The position numbers and the translations under genes are program-made. Of a stretch of 64,000 bases of DNA, positions 49,976 through 60,187 are shown piece by piece. This DNA comes from an uncultured Pelagibacteraceae bacterium (lineage in GTDB: Bacteria; Pseudomonadota; Alphaproteobacteria; Pelagibacterales; AG-422-B15): assembly GCA_902590345.1 (NCBI GenBank), contig CACIWK010000002.1, positions 30,625 to 94,624 of the forward strand. The letters are read 5' to 3'. The notes under the pieces were generated by a model. The model was not told the DNA's origin and made no database searches. It was given only the letters and a program-made list of their open reading frames with translations. Positions within the stretch are counted from its first letter, which is position 1. Each line of letters begins with the position of its first letter.

Positions 49976-50745
49976 TGTCACGTGTAGCTGGTAAGGTAGC
50001 AATAATAACTGGAGCTGCTTCAGGATTAGGTTATGCGGCCGCGGTTAAACTTCTTTCAGAAGGAGCTAAAGTGGTACTTTCAGATATTAATGAAGAAGTA
50101 ATTAATACAATGCCTGATCGATTAAGTGATTTTAGTAAAACTCAGTTCAGTACATTTGTTCATGATGTAACTAATGAGCAATCTTGGGTTGATTTAATTG
50201 AAAAAACTGAAACAGAATTTAGTCATGTAAATATACTTGTAAATAGCGCCGGTATATCTCTTGGTGCAGATGTAGTTTCCACAGAGTTTGAAATTTGGAA
50301 AAAGGTACACCAAGTAAATCTAGATAGTGTCTTTCTTGGATGTAAATATGCCGTACCAAAAATGAGTAAAGCGGGACAAGGCTCGATCATTAATATTTCT
50401 TCAATATCAGGAATTGTTGCTGGTTGGAATACGGCTGCTTATAATTCATCAAAAGCTGGAGTGCGTTTACTCAGTAAGTCAGTTGCACTATATTGTGCCA
50501 AAAAAGGCTATGATGTGAGATGTAATTCTGTTCACCCGGCATTTGTAGATACTCCTATTCTTGATCCAATTAAGCAGGCTTTTGGTGCTGAGGAAGCTGT
50601 AGCAAAGCTTGCGCGTCAAATTCCAATGAATAAGATTGGAGATACAGACGATGTATCGTATGCAATTTTGTATTTAGCATCTGATGAGAGTAAATTTATG
50701 ACAGGGACAGAAATTGTTCTTGATGGTGGATTAAGCGCAATGTAG
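49975..50745 (+). CDS. SDR oxidoreductase (3beta-hydroxysteroid/cyclopentanol dehydrogenase-like)
   Basis: TGAASGLG, NSAG, YNSSK and RCNSVHPAFVDTP motifs; TAATG overlap with the upstream gene. Confidence 0.88.
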   Translation: MSRVAGKVAIITGAASGLGYAAAVKLLSEGAKVVLSDINEEVINTMPDRLSDFSKTQFSTFVHDVTNEQSWVDLIEKTETEFSHVNILVNSAGISLGADVVSTEFEIWKKVHQVNLDSVFLGCKYAVPKMSKAGQGSIINISSISGIVAGWNTAAYNSSKAGVRLLSKSVALYCAKKGYDVRCNSVHPAFVDTPILDPIKQAFGAEEAVAKLARQIPMNKIGDTDDVSYAILYLASDESKFMTGTEIVLDGGLSAM

Positions 50746-50761
50746 TTTCATTCTTGAGACT

Positions 50762-51457
50762 ATGAAAATAAAAAAAGCATTAATGATTGTACACCAGCCT
50801 CGATCAAGTACTGGAGATGTGGGAATGAAATTACGTGAAAGAGGGTATGAACTTGACGTTCGAAGACCAGTCATAGGTGAAAAGCTACCTCAATCAATGA
50901 ACGATCATGATGTTGCAGTAATTTACGGAGGACCTCCCAGTGCTAATGACGATATAGATTATATTAAGTATGAAATTGAATGGATTTCAAAGGCATTATC
51001 TTCTAATAAGCCGTTTCTTGGTATTTGTCTGGGAGCACAAATGCTTGCAAAAAATTTGGGAGGTAGCGTTCAACGTGCAAAAGACAATCAATTTGAAATT
51101 GGTTTTTATGATATAAAGCCAACTGGAGATGGTCACAAAATATTTCAAAACCAAAAAACTTTTTTTCAATGGCATAAAGAGGGTTTCACAGTACCTAAAT
51201 CCTGTGAAATTTTAGCGTTAGGTGAAACTTTCCCTCAACAAGCATTTAGTTATAAAAATGCAGTTGGTATACAATTTCACCCCGAGGTTAATCTTAAGAT
51301 GCATTTAAGGTGGCTATATTTTGCAGGATACATGCTTCGAGAGAAGGGCGCACAAAAACGTCATTATCAAATGCAGCAACGACTTAGTCATGGAAAAAAA
51401 ATCAATATGTGGTTAGACTCCTTTATAGATAATTACTTTCTCAGAGATAAATCATGA
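50762..51457 (+). CDS. Class I glutamine amidotransferase (GMP synthase-like, stand-alone)
   Basis: GGP.SAND, GICLGAQ, QWH and QFHPE catalytic motifs. Confidence 0.88.
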   Translation: MKIKKALMIVHQPRSSTGDVGMKLRERGYELDVRRPVIGEKLPQSMNDHDVAVIYGGPPSANDDIDYIKYEIEWISKALSSNKPFLGICLGAQMLAKNLGGSVQRAKDNQFEIGFYDIKPTGDGHKIFQNQKTFFQWHKEGFTVPKSCEILALGETFPQQAFSYKNAVGIQFHPEVNLKMHLRWLYFAGYMLREKGAQKRHYQMQQRLSHGKKINMWLDSFIDNYFLRDKS

Positions 51458-51747
51458 ACTCACTCATAATTCTTGTTGATCAAATTATAAATCTTTATAC
51501 GTGGGTGTTGATTATTAATGTGATATTCAGTTGGTTAATTGCTATGAGCATATTTAATACTCAGAATAGAATTATTATTGCTATATATTTTGGAACAAAA
51601 AGATTAACGGATCCACTTCTTAACCCAATAAGAAATTTTCTTCCAAATCTAGGAGGGATTGACATATCACCAGTTGTCTTAATTCTGATACTTTACTTTA
51701 TAAGAAACTTACTTTACGAGTATTTTTATGCAGGAATTCCAATCTAA
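51454..51747 (+). CDS. yggT: YggT family membrane protein
   Basis: SWL...N and [23 protein letters not shown] motifs; upstream of folD. Confidence 0.92.
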   Translation: MNSLIILVDQIINLYTWVLIINVIFSWLIAMSIFNTQNRIIIAIYFGTKRLTDPLLNPIRNFLPNLGGIDISPVVLILILYFIRNLLYEYFYAGIPI

Positions 51748-51749
51748 AA

Positions 51750-52634
51750 ATGTCTGATACAAAAATTATTGATGGTAAAATAATTGCAGCTGATCTCAGG
51801 GCTGAAACAGCTGTAAAGGTTGAGGATTTTAAAAATAAATTTAATAAAACTCCTACCCTTGCCGTTGTACTTGTAGGTGAAGATCCAGCCAGTCAAGTTT
51901 ACGTGAATACAAAGTCTAAAATGGCCAAAGAGATAGGAATGGATGTCGAGGATCATTTTCTAGACACTACTGTATCTGAGGAAAAACTTTTGGAATTAAT
52001 TGATAAACTCAACAATGATCAAAAAGTAAATGGAATTCTTGTCCAATTACCACTTCCATCACACATTGACTCAAGGGCTATTATTGATGCAATTGATCCA
52101 GTAAAGGATGCCGACGGTTTTCATGCGATAAACGTTGGTAGAAATTCAATAGGAGGTGATTTGTTGAGTAAAACCTTTACACCTTGCACACCCCTTGGAT
52201 GTTACCTAATGCTAAAAAAAAGTATTCCTGATTTGAAAGGGATGCACGCCGTTATTATTGGGCGATCTAATATTGTTGGTAAACCAATGGCACAACTACT
52301 ACTTGAAGAGTCATGTACAGTTACAATTGTACACTCTAAAACCAAAAACATTGAGGGAATTACAAAACAAGCTGATATTGTTGTTGCTGCAGTTGGACGT
52401 CCTTTAATGGTTAAAAAAGATTGGATTAAAAAAGGAGCTGTTGTGATTGATGTTGGTATTAATCGAGTAGATCATCCAGACAAATCGGGTAAAACCAAAC
52501 TTGTTGGAGACGTAGATTACGATGACGTATTCAGTCTAGTATCAGCAATTACTCCTGTTCCAGGTGGTGTAGGTCCAATGACAATCGCGTGCTTATTAAA
52601 AAATACCGTAGATGCTGCATTTAGACAGCAGTAG
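51750..52634 (+). CDS. folD: Methylenetetrahydrofolate dehydrogenase/cyclohydrolase
   Basis: [40 protein letters not shown] and [11 protein letters not shown] motifs. Confidence 0.98.
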   Translation: MSDTKIIDGKIIAADLRAETAVKVEDFKNKFNKTPTLAVVLVGEDPASQVYVNTKSKMAKEIGMDVEDHFLDTTVSEEKLLELIDKLNNDQKVNGILVQLPLPSHIDSRAIIDAIDPVKDADGFHAINVGRNSIGGDLLSKTFTPCTPLGCYLMLKKSIPDLKGMHAVIIGRSNIVGKPMAQLLLEESCTVTIVHSKTKNIEGITKQADIVVAAVGRPLMVKKDWIKKGAVVIDVGINRVDHPDKSGKTKLVGDVDYDDVFSLVSAITPVPGGVGPMTIACLLKNTVDAAFRQQ

Positions 52635-52635
52635 C

Positions 52636-53829
52636 TTATTTTTTTTCTCTTAATCTTAGAGCGTTTAACTTTATAAAACCTTCAGCATCTTTTTGAGAAT
52701 AAACTTGATCTGACTCAAATGTTGCAAGATTTGGATTGTACAGGCTTAACGACGACTCCCTTCCAGTGATTATAGTGTTACCTTTAAAAAGCTTAAGTCT
52801 TACTTTACCCTCCACTTTTTCTTGTGATTTATCTATCATCGATTGCATCATCTCTCTTTCAGGAGAGAACCAATAACCGTTGTAGACAAGCTCGGCATAT
52901 TTAGGCGCCAACTCATCTTTCATGTGAGCAGCCTCTTTATCGAGCGTGATACTCTCAATAGCTCTGTGTGCGTGATATAGAATGGTTCCACCAGGAGTTT
53001 CGTAAATTCCTCTAGATTTCATTCCGATATATCTATTTTCAACGAGATCAACTCGTCCAATCCCATGTTTTCCACCAAGCTCATTAAGAGATTTCAATAT
53101 TTCAAATGGTGTTAAAGTCTTTCCGTTGATTTCACAGGCATCACCTTTCTTAAATTCAATTGTTATTTCTTCTGCTTCGTCAGGCGCTTCTTCAGGTGAA
53201 ACACTTCTTGTGTAAACATAATCAGGAGCTTCAACCCATGGATCTTCAAGAACCTTTCCTTCAGCAGAAGAGTGCAAAATATTTTCATCAATGCTAAATG
53301 GCTGTTCCCCTCTTTTATCTTTTGCTATTTCAATGCCGTGCTTATCAGCATATTCAACAAGCGATGTTCTTGATGATAAATCCCACTCTCTCCAAGGACT
53401 GATTATTTTTATATCAGGCTTATGATAATAATATCCGAGCTCAAATCTAATTTGATCATTTCCTTTTCCTGTTGCGCCATGGGATACTGCATCGGCGTTA
53501 ATCTGATTTGCAATCTCTATTTGTTTTTTTGCAATCAATGGTCGAGCGATAGAAGTTCCAAGTAAATAGTAGCCTTCATAAAGAGGATTAGCTCTAAACA
53601 TGGGAAAAACATAATCACTCACAAATTCGTCTTTTAAATCTTCAATAAATATTTCTGCGGTACCTTGTTTTTCTGCTTTGGCTTTCACTAGTTCATAGTC
53701 CTCATCTTGACCTAGGTTTGCTGTAAAAGTTGCCACTTCACATTTATATGTTTCTTTTAGCCACCTTAAAATGACTGACGTATCCAAACCACCTGAGTAT
53801 GCGAGAACAACTTTATTTATTTTATCCAT
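52636..53829 (-). CDS. argG: Argininosuccinate synthase
   Basis: [30 protein letters not shown] and [14 protein letters not shown] motifs. Confidence 0.98.
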   Translation of the reverse strand: MDKINKVVLAYSGGLDTSVILRWLKETYKCEVATFTANLGQDEDYELVKAKAEKQGTAEIFIEDLKDEFVSDYVFPMFRANPLYEGYYLLGTSIARPLIAKKQIEIANQINADAVSHGATGKGNDQIRFELGYYYHKPDIKIISPWREWDLSSRTSLVEYADKHGIEIAKDKRGEQPFSIDENILHSSAEGKVLEDPWVEAPDYVYTRSVSPEEAPDEAEEITIEFKKGDACEINGKTLTPFEILKSLNELGGKHGIGRVDLVENRYIGMKSRGIYETPGGTILYHAHRAIESITLDKEAAHMKDELAPKYAELVYNGYWFSPEREMMQSMIDKSQEKVEGKVRLKLFKGNTIITGRESSLSLYNPNLATFESDQVYSQKDAEGFIKLNALRLREKK

Positions 53830-54919
53830 TTGCTATGAGTTCACTTTTTCTAATTTTTATACTGGAGGACTTTAATTGACCACATGCAGCCATAATATCC
53901 TGTCCTCTGGTTTTTCTAACTGGGCTTGCATAACCTGCATTTTTAATTATGTCACTAAATTTCTTGATTTCTTCCTTACTAGAACATTCGTAAGGCGAAT
54001 TAGGCCAAGGATTGAAAGGTATAAGATTTATTTTTGCAGGAATTCCAGAAATTAGCTTAACAAGTTCACGGGCATCTTGCGCTGTATCATTTACTCCCTT
54101 TAACATGACATATTCAAAAGTTATTCGTTTAGAATTTTTTGATCGAGGATATTCTCTACACGCCTTTATAAGATCCTTAAGAGGAAATTTCTTATTTATA
54201 GGAACAATATCATTTCTCAACTCATCGTTTGTTGCGTGCAAAGAAATTGCTAATCTTGAGTCAACTTCATGACCCCATTTAATTATTTCAGGAACGATGC
54301 CAGAAGTGCTCAGAGTAATTCTTTTTGTAGATAATTGAATGCCTTCTTTGTCTCCCATAATTTCAGCGGCATTTTTAACATTCTCATAATTATAGAGAGG
54401 CTCTCCCATACCCATAAATACAATGTTTGAAATTTTACGATCTTTTCCATTCGGCCAATCTGAAAGATTGTCCTTTGCTAGAAGAAGTTGGGAAATAATT
54501 TCACTTGAAGTTAAATTACGAACTAATTTTTGAGTTCCAGTGAAACAAAACTTACAATTAAGTGTGCAGCCTACTTGTGATGAAACACATAACGTTCCCC
54601 GATTTTCTTCAGGGATAAAAACTGTTTCAATAAGGTTGCTATCATTTAATTTCAAAAGCCATTTTTGTGTTCCATCTTTTGATATTTGATGTGATTTTAC
54701 TTTTGGTCTTCTAATAATAAAATGATCTTTTAGTTTATTTCTAAGGTCTTTTGAAATCGTTGTCATTTTATCAAAATCAGTTTCACCTCTATAATAAAGC
54801 CAATGCCAAAGTTGTTTGGATCTAAATTTTTCTTTAGCTTGTATTAAATCTTTATTAATTAAAGTTTCAGATATTTCTTTAAGACTTAATCCTATTAAGT
54901 CTAGTTTATCTTCTGTCAT
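53822..54919 (-). CDS. rlmN: Dual-specificity RNA methyltransferase RlmN
   Basis: [15 protein letters not shown] radical SAM motif, MGMGEP, ISLHA and AACGQL. Confidence 0.97.
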   Translation of the reverse strand: MTEDKLDLIGLSLKEISETLINKDLIQAKEKFRSKQLWHWLYYRGETDFDKMTTISKDLRNKLKDHFIIRRPKVKSHQISKDGTQKWLLKLNDSNLIETVFIPEENRGTLCVSSQVGCTLNCKFCFTGTQKLVRNLTSSEIISQLLLAKDNLSDWPNGKDRKISNIVFMGMGEPLYNYENVKNAAEIMGDKEGIQLSTKRITLSTSGIVPEIIKWGHEVDSRLAISLHATNDELRNDIVPINKKFPLKDLIKACREYPRSKNSKRITFEYVMLKGVNDTAQDARELVKLISGIPAKINLIPFNPWPNSPYECSSKEEIKKFSDIIKNAGYASPVRKTRGQDIMAACGQLKSSSIKIRKSELIANG

Positions 54920-54925
54920 TGTATT

Positions 54926-55444
54926 TTAAGAGCAGGCTTTGTCGATTGCTGCTAATGCTTTTGTAAATCCGATTAAAGAATATGTATCTGTAATTTTTGT
55001 TCCACGGCTTGAGATACTTTTAACTTTCACGCGCGCTCCATTTTTCATATCCTTGATCAGTTGCTTGCCGTTCTCACCATCTGCTAGCCAAGCTCTTGAT
55101 TCAACTGTAAAAAATTTGTAATTACTGCTACCAATATTCACTTCGACCATACTCTTAGGTTTGAAAGTAAAACCTGTATCTACACTTGGCTCATGAAAAG
55201 TCTTATCATCTTTAAAATTCGTAATCATCAGAGCATGCTCGCCTCGATTAAGATCTGACGGGTTTGTTGCTATCGGCTCTGATATGATATAGCAAATCTT
55301 TGCTGTACCATCTTTAAACTCTTTAGCTTGCCATGCACCACTTTTGCCAAATGAACCAAGATGGACTACGTCGATAACTGCGAAAGCACTTATTGAACTC
55401 ATCAGTAAAATTGATAGAATAAGCTTGAAATTTATTAATTTCAT
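54926..55444 (-). CDS. Invasion-associated locus B (IalB)-like periplasmic protein
   Basis: Signal peptide; W...CY..S.P and MK.G....V...SSRGT...DTYSL.GFT.A...C motifs; upstream of rlmN. Confidence 0.82.
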   Translation of the reverse strand: MKLINFKLILSILLMSSISAFAVIDVVHLGSFGKSGAWQAKEFKDGTAKICYIISEPIATNPSDLNRGEHALMITNFKDDKTFHEPSVDTGFTFKPKSMVEVNIGSSNYKFFTVESRAWLADGENGKQLIKDMKNGARVKVKSISSRGTKITDTYSLIGFTKALAAIDKACS

Positions 55445-55474
55445 AACCGCTAATTTATATCGAGATTCACAATT

Positions 55475-56494
55475 ATGAAAGCAATTGTTTGTAAAGAATT
55501 TGGCCCTCCAAGCTCACTTGTCTACGAGGATGTTGATTTACCTGAACTTAAAAAGAGTCAAATTATGATAGATGTTCACTCTGCAGGAGTTAATTTTCCA
55601 GATACTTTAATCATTCAAGATAAATACCAAGTTAAACCTCCTCTTCCTTTTTCGCCAGGAGGTGAGATTTCAGGTGTCATTAGTGCTGTTGGAGAAAGTG
55701 TTATTGATTGGAAAGTTGGTGATGAGGTAGTTGCTATGATAGGTTTTGGTGGTTTTAGGGAACAAGTAATAACAAGTCCATCCAACATATTTCGAAAACC
55801 AAGCAGTATGGATTTTACTACAGCTTCTTGTTTTACATTAACTTACGGTACATCACACTACGCTCTAAAAAACCGTGGTCAACTTAAGGAGGGTGAAAAT
55901 TTACTTGTTCTAGGTGCTGCTGGTGGTGTTGGTATATCTGCTGTTGAAATTGGAAAAGCAATGGGTGCAAGAGTCATAGCTGGTGCATCTTCTGATGAAA
56001 AATTAGAAGTATGCAAAGAGTATGGAGCTGATGAAGTCATTAATTATGGAAACTATGATTTAACCAATCGAGATCATGTGAAAGAATTTAGAGCAGAAAT
56101 TTCAAAAGCAACTGGTGGCAAAGGACCAGATGTGATTTACGACCCAGTTGGGGCTGATTTCACTGAGCCTGCTTTAAGAAGTATTGCATGGAATGGACGC
56201 TTCTTGGTTATAGGTTGGGCTGCGGGTTATATTCCAAAAATACCAATGAACTTGTACTTAATCAAAGGCTGTTCTGCTGTTGGTGTATTTTGGGGTCAAT
56301 TTACAGCTTTAGAGCCACAGGAGCATTTAGCTAACATGAAACAACTTACCGGTTGGTATGAGGAGGGAAAATTAAAAGCTCCTGTCACAGAAATTCTTCC
56401 ACTTGAAAGAGGACAAGAGGCACTTGAGACAATTCTTGCTAGAAAAGCTACTGGCAAGATTGCGCTAACAACTTCTTTTTATAAATCTCAGTAA
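55475..56494 (+). CDS. NADPH:quinone oxidoreductase (MDR/zeta-crystallin family)
   Basis: GVNFPD, PPLPFSPGGE, LGAAGGVG, DVIYDPVG and VGVFWG motifs. Confidence 0.92.
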   Translation: MKAIVCKEFGPPSSLVYEDVDLPELKKSQIMIDVHSAGVNFPDTLIIQDKYQVKPPLPFSPGGEISGVISAVGESVIDWKVGDEVVAMIGFGGFREQVITSPSNIFRKPSSMDFTTASCFTLTYGTSHYALKNRGQLKEGENLLVLGAAGGVGISAVEIGKAMGARVIAGASSDEKLEVCKEYGADEVINYGNYDLTNRDHVKEFRAEISKATGGKGPDVIYDPVGADFTEPALRSIAWNGRFLVIGWAAGYIPKIPMNLYLIKGCSAVGVFWGQFTALEPQEHLANMKQLTGWYEEGKLKAPVTEILPLERGQEALETILARKATGKIALTTSFYKSQ

Positions 56495-56495
56495 T

Positions 56496-56783
56496 TTACT
56501 TACTTTTCTTATTCATTTCACTGGCCATATCCAGGTCTAGACTTGTCACTCCACCAGCATCGTGAGTTGATAAAGTAACTTCCACAGTACTATAGACGTT
56601 AAACCATTCCGGATGATGGTCTTTTTTTTCTGCATAAATTGCCATTGCCGTCATCCACCCAAAAGCTTCTTGAAAGTTATCAAATTTAAATGTTTTTGTT
56701 ATAGCACTTCGGCCTTTTACCATCTTCCATCCAGAAAATCTTTTTAATTTTTTAGTAAGTTCGGATTTAGAGATTCTTTTCAT
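56496..56783 (-). CDS. phhB: Pterin-4-alpha-carbinolamine dehydratase
   Basis: DHHPEWFNVY..V...L.THDAGG motif. Confidence 0.92.
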   Translation of the reverse strand: MKRISKSELTKKLKRFSGWKMVKGRSAITKTFKFDNFQEAFGWMTAMAIYAEKKDHHPEWFNVYSTVEVTLSTHDAGGVTSLDLDMASEMNKKSK

Positions 56784-57838
56784 TATGGTGCAGGATTTGG
56801 AATTTCTTTATGAATACTTCTTATCTCATTTATAATTTCTTTTGTTATATCAAGGTCAACACTGTCTATACATGTTTTTAACTGTTCCATTGTAGTCGCT
56901 CCAATAATTGTAGACGTAACAAAGGGTTGAATATTACAAAATTGAATCGCAAGTTGAGCGGGATCAATTTCGTATTTTTTTGCAAGATTTACATACATTT
57001 CAATTGCTTGTTGTGTCTTATCTCCTTTGTATCTCATCATTAAAGGACCGTCACCAAATAGAGCGAGTCTTGAACCTTGAGGCATCTGTCCACCTAAATA
57101 TTTTCCAGTTAATGTTCCTTGTGCTAAAGGCGAGTAAGCAAGTAAACCGACTTGTTCATGCATTGCAACTTCAGATAAACCAATTTCAAAACCTCTATTA
57201 ACAAGGTTATAAGCATTCTGTATTGATGCCACACGTGGAAGAGATTTAGTTTCAGCGAGCTCTAAATATTTCATCGTTCCCCACGGCGTTTCATTAGATA
57301 AGCCAATCTGCCTTACTTTTCCTTGCTTGACTAATTCACCAAGGGCTTCAAGAGTTTCCTCTAATGGAATTGAGTCAGATGTATCCATATGTTTGTATTC
57401 AAGTCTTCCTGAAAATGCACCAAATGGTCTGTCGGGCCAATGCACTTGGTAGAGATCAATGTAATCTGTTTGAAGTCTTTTGAGACTTTGCTCAACTGCA
57501 TAGAAAACATGTTCTTTTGATAGTCGAGGTATTTCCTCATTTTCTCTTAACCATGACATCCCGGAACGACCAGCAACTTTAGTTGCAAGTACAACTTTAT
57601 CTCTGTTGCCTCTCGCTTTGAACCAAGTGCCAATATATTTTTCAGTTAAACCCTGAGTTTCAGCTTTTGTGGGAACAGCATATATTTCAGCAGTATCAAT
57701 AAAATTTACTTCGTGGTCTAAGGAGTAATCCAACTGATCGTGAGCATCAGCTTCAGTATTCTGTTCTCCCCAAGTCATAGTGCCTAAGCATATCAAGCTT
57801 ACATCAATATCTGATCTGCCTAGTTTTCTGTATTCCAT
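56783..57838 (-). CDS. NADP(H)-dependent aldo/keto reductase (Tas-like)
   Basis: LGTMTWGEQN, DTAEIY, DYIDLYQVHWP, GLSNETPWG and AYSPLA motifs. Confidence 0.92.
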   Translation of the reverse strand: MEYRKLGRSDIDVSLICLGTMTWGEQNTEADAHDQLDYSLDHEVNFIDTAEIYAVPTKAETQGLTEKYIGTWFKARGNRDKVVLATKVAGRSGMSWLRENEEIPRLSKEHVFYAVEQSLKRLQTDYIDLYQVHWPDRPFGAFSGRLEYKHMDTSDSIPLEETLEALGELVKQGKVRQIGLSNETPWGTMKYLELAETKSLPRVASIQNAYNLVNRGFEIGLSEVAMHEQVGLLAYSPLAQGTLTGKYLGGQMPQGSRLALFGDGPLMMRYKGDKTQQAIEMYVNLAKKYEIDPAQLAIQFCNIQPFVTSTIIGATTMEQLKTCIDSVDLDITKEIINEIRSIHKEIPNPAP

Positions 57839-58848
57839 TACTTTGTAATAAGTCCAAGTTCTTCAAATTGTTTTACAGTTTGGATGATTGCCTCATCTGC
57901 ACTTTCGAAATTAAATTTTAAAATATTTTTAGCGTTTTCGGAATTAGTAAATTTTGTTTTACCAACAAAGCCTGATATTGCCCCAGCTTCTTTACTAAAT
58001 AACCCTAGAAATTTCATTAAAATATTTGGAGCCTCTATTGAAGGGGCTTTTTTATAACCATGTTCCCTTAAAAGTTTATTCATATCAGATAGCCACATAC
58101 ATTTTTCTGCAAGGATGAATCTTTTTCCACTCGCATCTGGATGTACCATTGCTTCAACATGTGCTCTTGCTGTATCTTTAACAGTAACCCAACCAAAATG
58201 AACTTTTGGTACAACAGGGTAGGAGCCATCCAACATTCTTTGAATAAATACATTTGAAGTCCCAACGTCATCAGATAATGATGGACCTATTACTAAAGTA
58301 GGGTTTATTGCAACAGCTTCCATTTTTTTATCATCATCAAGACCATTCAAGTAAGACCACATCTCTTTTTCAGCAATTGCCTTACTTTTGTTGTAGGCAC
58401 CAATATTTTGACTTGGATCAGTCCAATGACTCTCGTCATATATTTTTTCTTCATTGCCATAGCCCACAGCTGAGAATGATGAAGTCATGACAAATCTTTT
58501 AACCTTATTCTTTATTGAGCTTTTAAGTGCTCTTAAAAGACCTTCCTTGGCCGGCTTAATGATCTCATTGTCATCATCTGGAGCCTTGTCGGTTAGTGGA
58601 GATGCAACGTGCAATACATATGTACAGCCAGCAACCGCCTCATCCCATCCTTCATCCTTTAGCAGGTCTAATTTACAAAACTCTAAATTATTTTTTGCAT
58701 CAACTTCATTAGCTATTGCTTGTCTTACTTCTGCTTCACGATTTTCAGAGCGTAAAGACGTTCTAACTGAATACCCTTTTTTGAGTAATTCAGCTATGCA
58801 ATGCTGAGCAATGTAACCTGATCCTCCTGTGACTAAAACCTTCTCCAC
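57838..58848 (-). CDS. NAD-dependent epimerase/dehydratase family aldehyde reductase (DFR-like)
   Basis: VTGGSGYIA, HVASP, TSS, YNKSK..AE and INP..V.GP motifs. Confidence 0.88.
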   Translation of the reverse strand: MEKVLVTGGSGYIAQHCIAELLKKGYSVRTSLRSENREAEVRQAIANEVDAKNNLEFCKLDLLKDEGWDEAVAGCTYVLHVASPLTDKAPDDDNEIIKPAKEGLLRALKSSIKNKVKRFVMTSSFSAVGYGNEEKIYDESHWTDPSQNIGAYNKSKAIAEKEMWSYLNGLDDDKKMEAVAINPTLVIGPSLSDDVGTSNVFIQRMLDGSYPVVPKVHFGWVTVKDTARAHVEAMVHPDASGKRFILAEKCMWLSDMNKLLREHGYKKAPSIEAPNILMKFLGLFSKEAGAISGFVGKTKFTNSENAKNILKFNFESADEAIIQTVKQFEELGLITK

Positions 58849-58968
58849 TTAAACCCCTAAGTATCTGTATTAACTTAATAAAATCTTAGTAAATAATTAC
58901 TTGTATTGATTACCTTTATGATTATGTATTAAAATACATATAACAATTTTTACAAGAGGTTTTTAAAT

Positions 58969-59703
58969 ATGGATTATCAAACTAGAGCTCAATCAACGCC
59001 AGCAATCGACGAAGGTCTAAGGCAATATATGATGAGTGTTTATAATTACATGGCATCTGGTTTGGCCTTAACAGGTTTGGTTGCATATATGTTATTTCAA
59101 GCAACGGCGGTAATGGGTCCAACAGGAGAAATTGTTGGCCTCACAAACTTAGGCGTGACCCTTTATACTGGTCCAATGATGTGGGTAGTCGCATTAGCGC
59201 CTCTTGGTATTGTTATGTACATGAGTTTTGGAATAAGAGGAATGTCTGCATCCCGAGCTCAGACAATGTTCTGGGTATTTGCATTTTTAATGGGTTTATC
59301 ACTCTCAACAATCTTTTTAACTTATACAGGCGCAAGTATAGCACGAGTGTTCTTTATAACTGCAAGTACATTTGGCGCAATGAGTATATATGGTTACACA
59401 ACAAAAAGAGATTTAACTAATTTTGGATCTTTTTTATTTATGGGACTGATTGGAATCATAATTGCATCAATTGTAAATATATTCATGCAATCACCAGCAT
59501 TATATTATGGTATATCTATTTTAGGTGTTTTAATTTTTGTTGGCTTAACAGCTTATGATACTCAAAAGATTAAAAATATGTATATGGCGTATGATAGCGG
59601 AGAAGTTGCTGCTAAAAAAGCTATCATGGGAGCATTAACACTTTATCTTGATTTTATAAATCTATTTATAATGTTACTGAGACTTTTTGGTCAAAGAAGA
59701 TAA
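58969..59703 (+). CDS. Bax inhibitor-1/YccA family membrane protein
   Basis: DEGLR.YM..VY, YGYTTKRDL, TAYDTQKIK and GAL.LYLDFINLF motifs. Confidence 0.95.
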   Translation: MDYQTRAQSTPAIDEGLRQYMMSVYNYMASGLALTGLVAYMLFQATAVMGPTGEIVGLTNLGVTLYTGPMMWVVALAPLGIVMYMSFGIRGMSASRAQTMFWVFAFLMGLSLSTIFLTYTGASIARVFFITASTFGAMSIYGYTTKRDLTNFGSFLFMGLIGIIIASIVNIFMQSPALYYGISILGVLIFVGLTAYDTQKIKNMYMAYDSGEVAAKKAIMGALTLYLDFINLFIMLLRLFGQRR

Positions 59704-59705
59704 AA

Positions 59706-60059
59706 TCAGGCTATACGTTTTACTGAAACTTTAAGATATTTTGTAATATCTGATAGGTGTTTACTTTCCTTGATTTTTTTATTATTAAAATCCATTAATG
59801 TGAATGATACATGCTTTCCTTTATTTTTATTTTTAATTATTCTTAAAAAAGCATTCTCGAAAGTACTCCGATAAATTGAAAAAACAGCATTGTATTTTCC
59901 ATGATCTATTGCATAGTCTTTCCAATGTCCTTGACTGACTTTTTGAGCGTAAACAGAAAGTATGAGATTAAGTTCATTTTTATGAAAGCTAGTAAACTTA
60001 TTTTTTGATCGATTAGAGCTTTTAAAGTTTAAATTTGGACTAATGTAATGTATTGTCAT
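59706..60059 (-). CDS. DUF2794 family protein
   Basis: F.K.EL..IL..Y...V..G.WKDYAID....AVFSIYR motif. Confidence 0.82.
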   Translation of the reverse strand: MTIHYISPNLNFKSSNRSKNKFTSFHKNELNLILSVYAQKVSQGHWKDYAIDHGKYNAVFSIYRSTFENAFLRIIKNKNKGKHVSFTLMDFNNKKIKESKHLSDITKYLKVSVKRIA

Positions 60060-60139
60060 TGTTATCCTATGTTACCTTGGAAAAAGTAAAAAAAACAATG
60101 AAAATAGGGAAAAATTCACGATAACATCACCTAAATCAC

Positions 60140-60167
60140 CTTGAATTTCGATGAATACTTCCAATAT
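60140..60167 (+). promoter_or_regulatory. Putative RpoH (sigma32) promoter of htpG
   Basis: CTTGAA-N15-CCAATAT matches the alphaproteobacterial RpoH consensus CTTGAA-N15/16-CCTATAT; 20 bp upstream of a heat-shock chaperone gene. Confidence 0.7.
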
Positions 60168-60187
60168 AGTTTCTGAGAATAAAAATT

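Noticed and set aside
58875-58889. TTAA-N7-TTAG CtrA-like box upstream of yccA
   Set aside because: It is imperfect and too likely by chance in AT-rich DNA.
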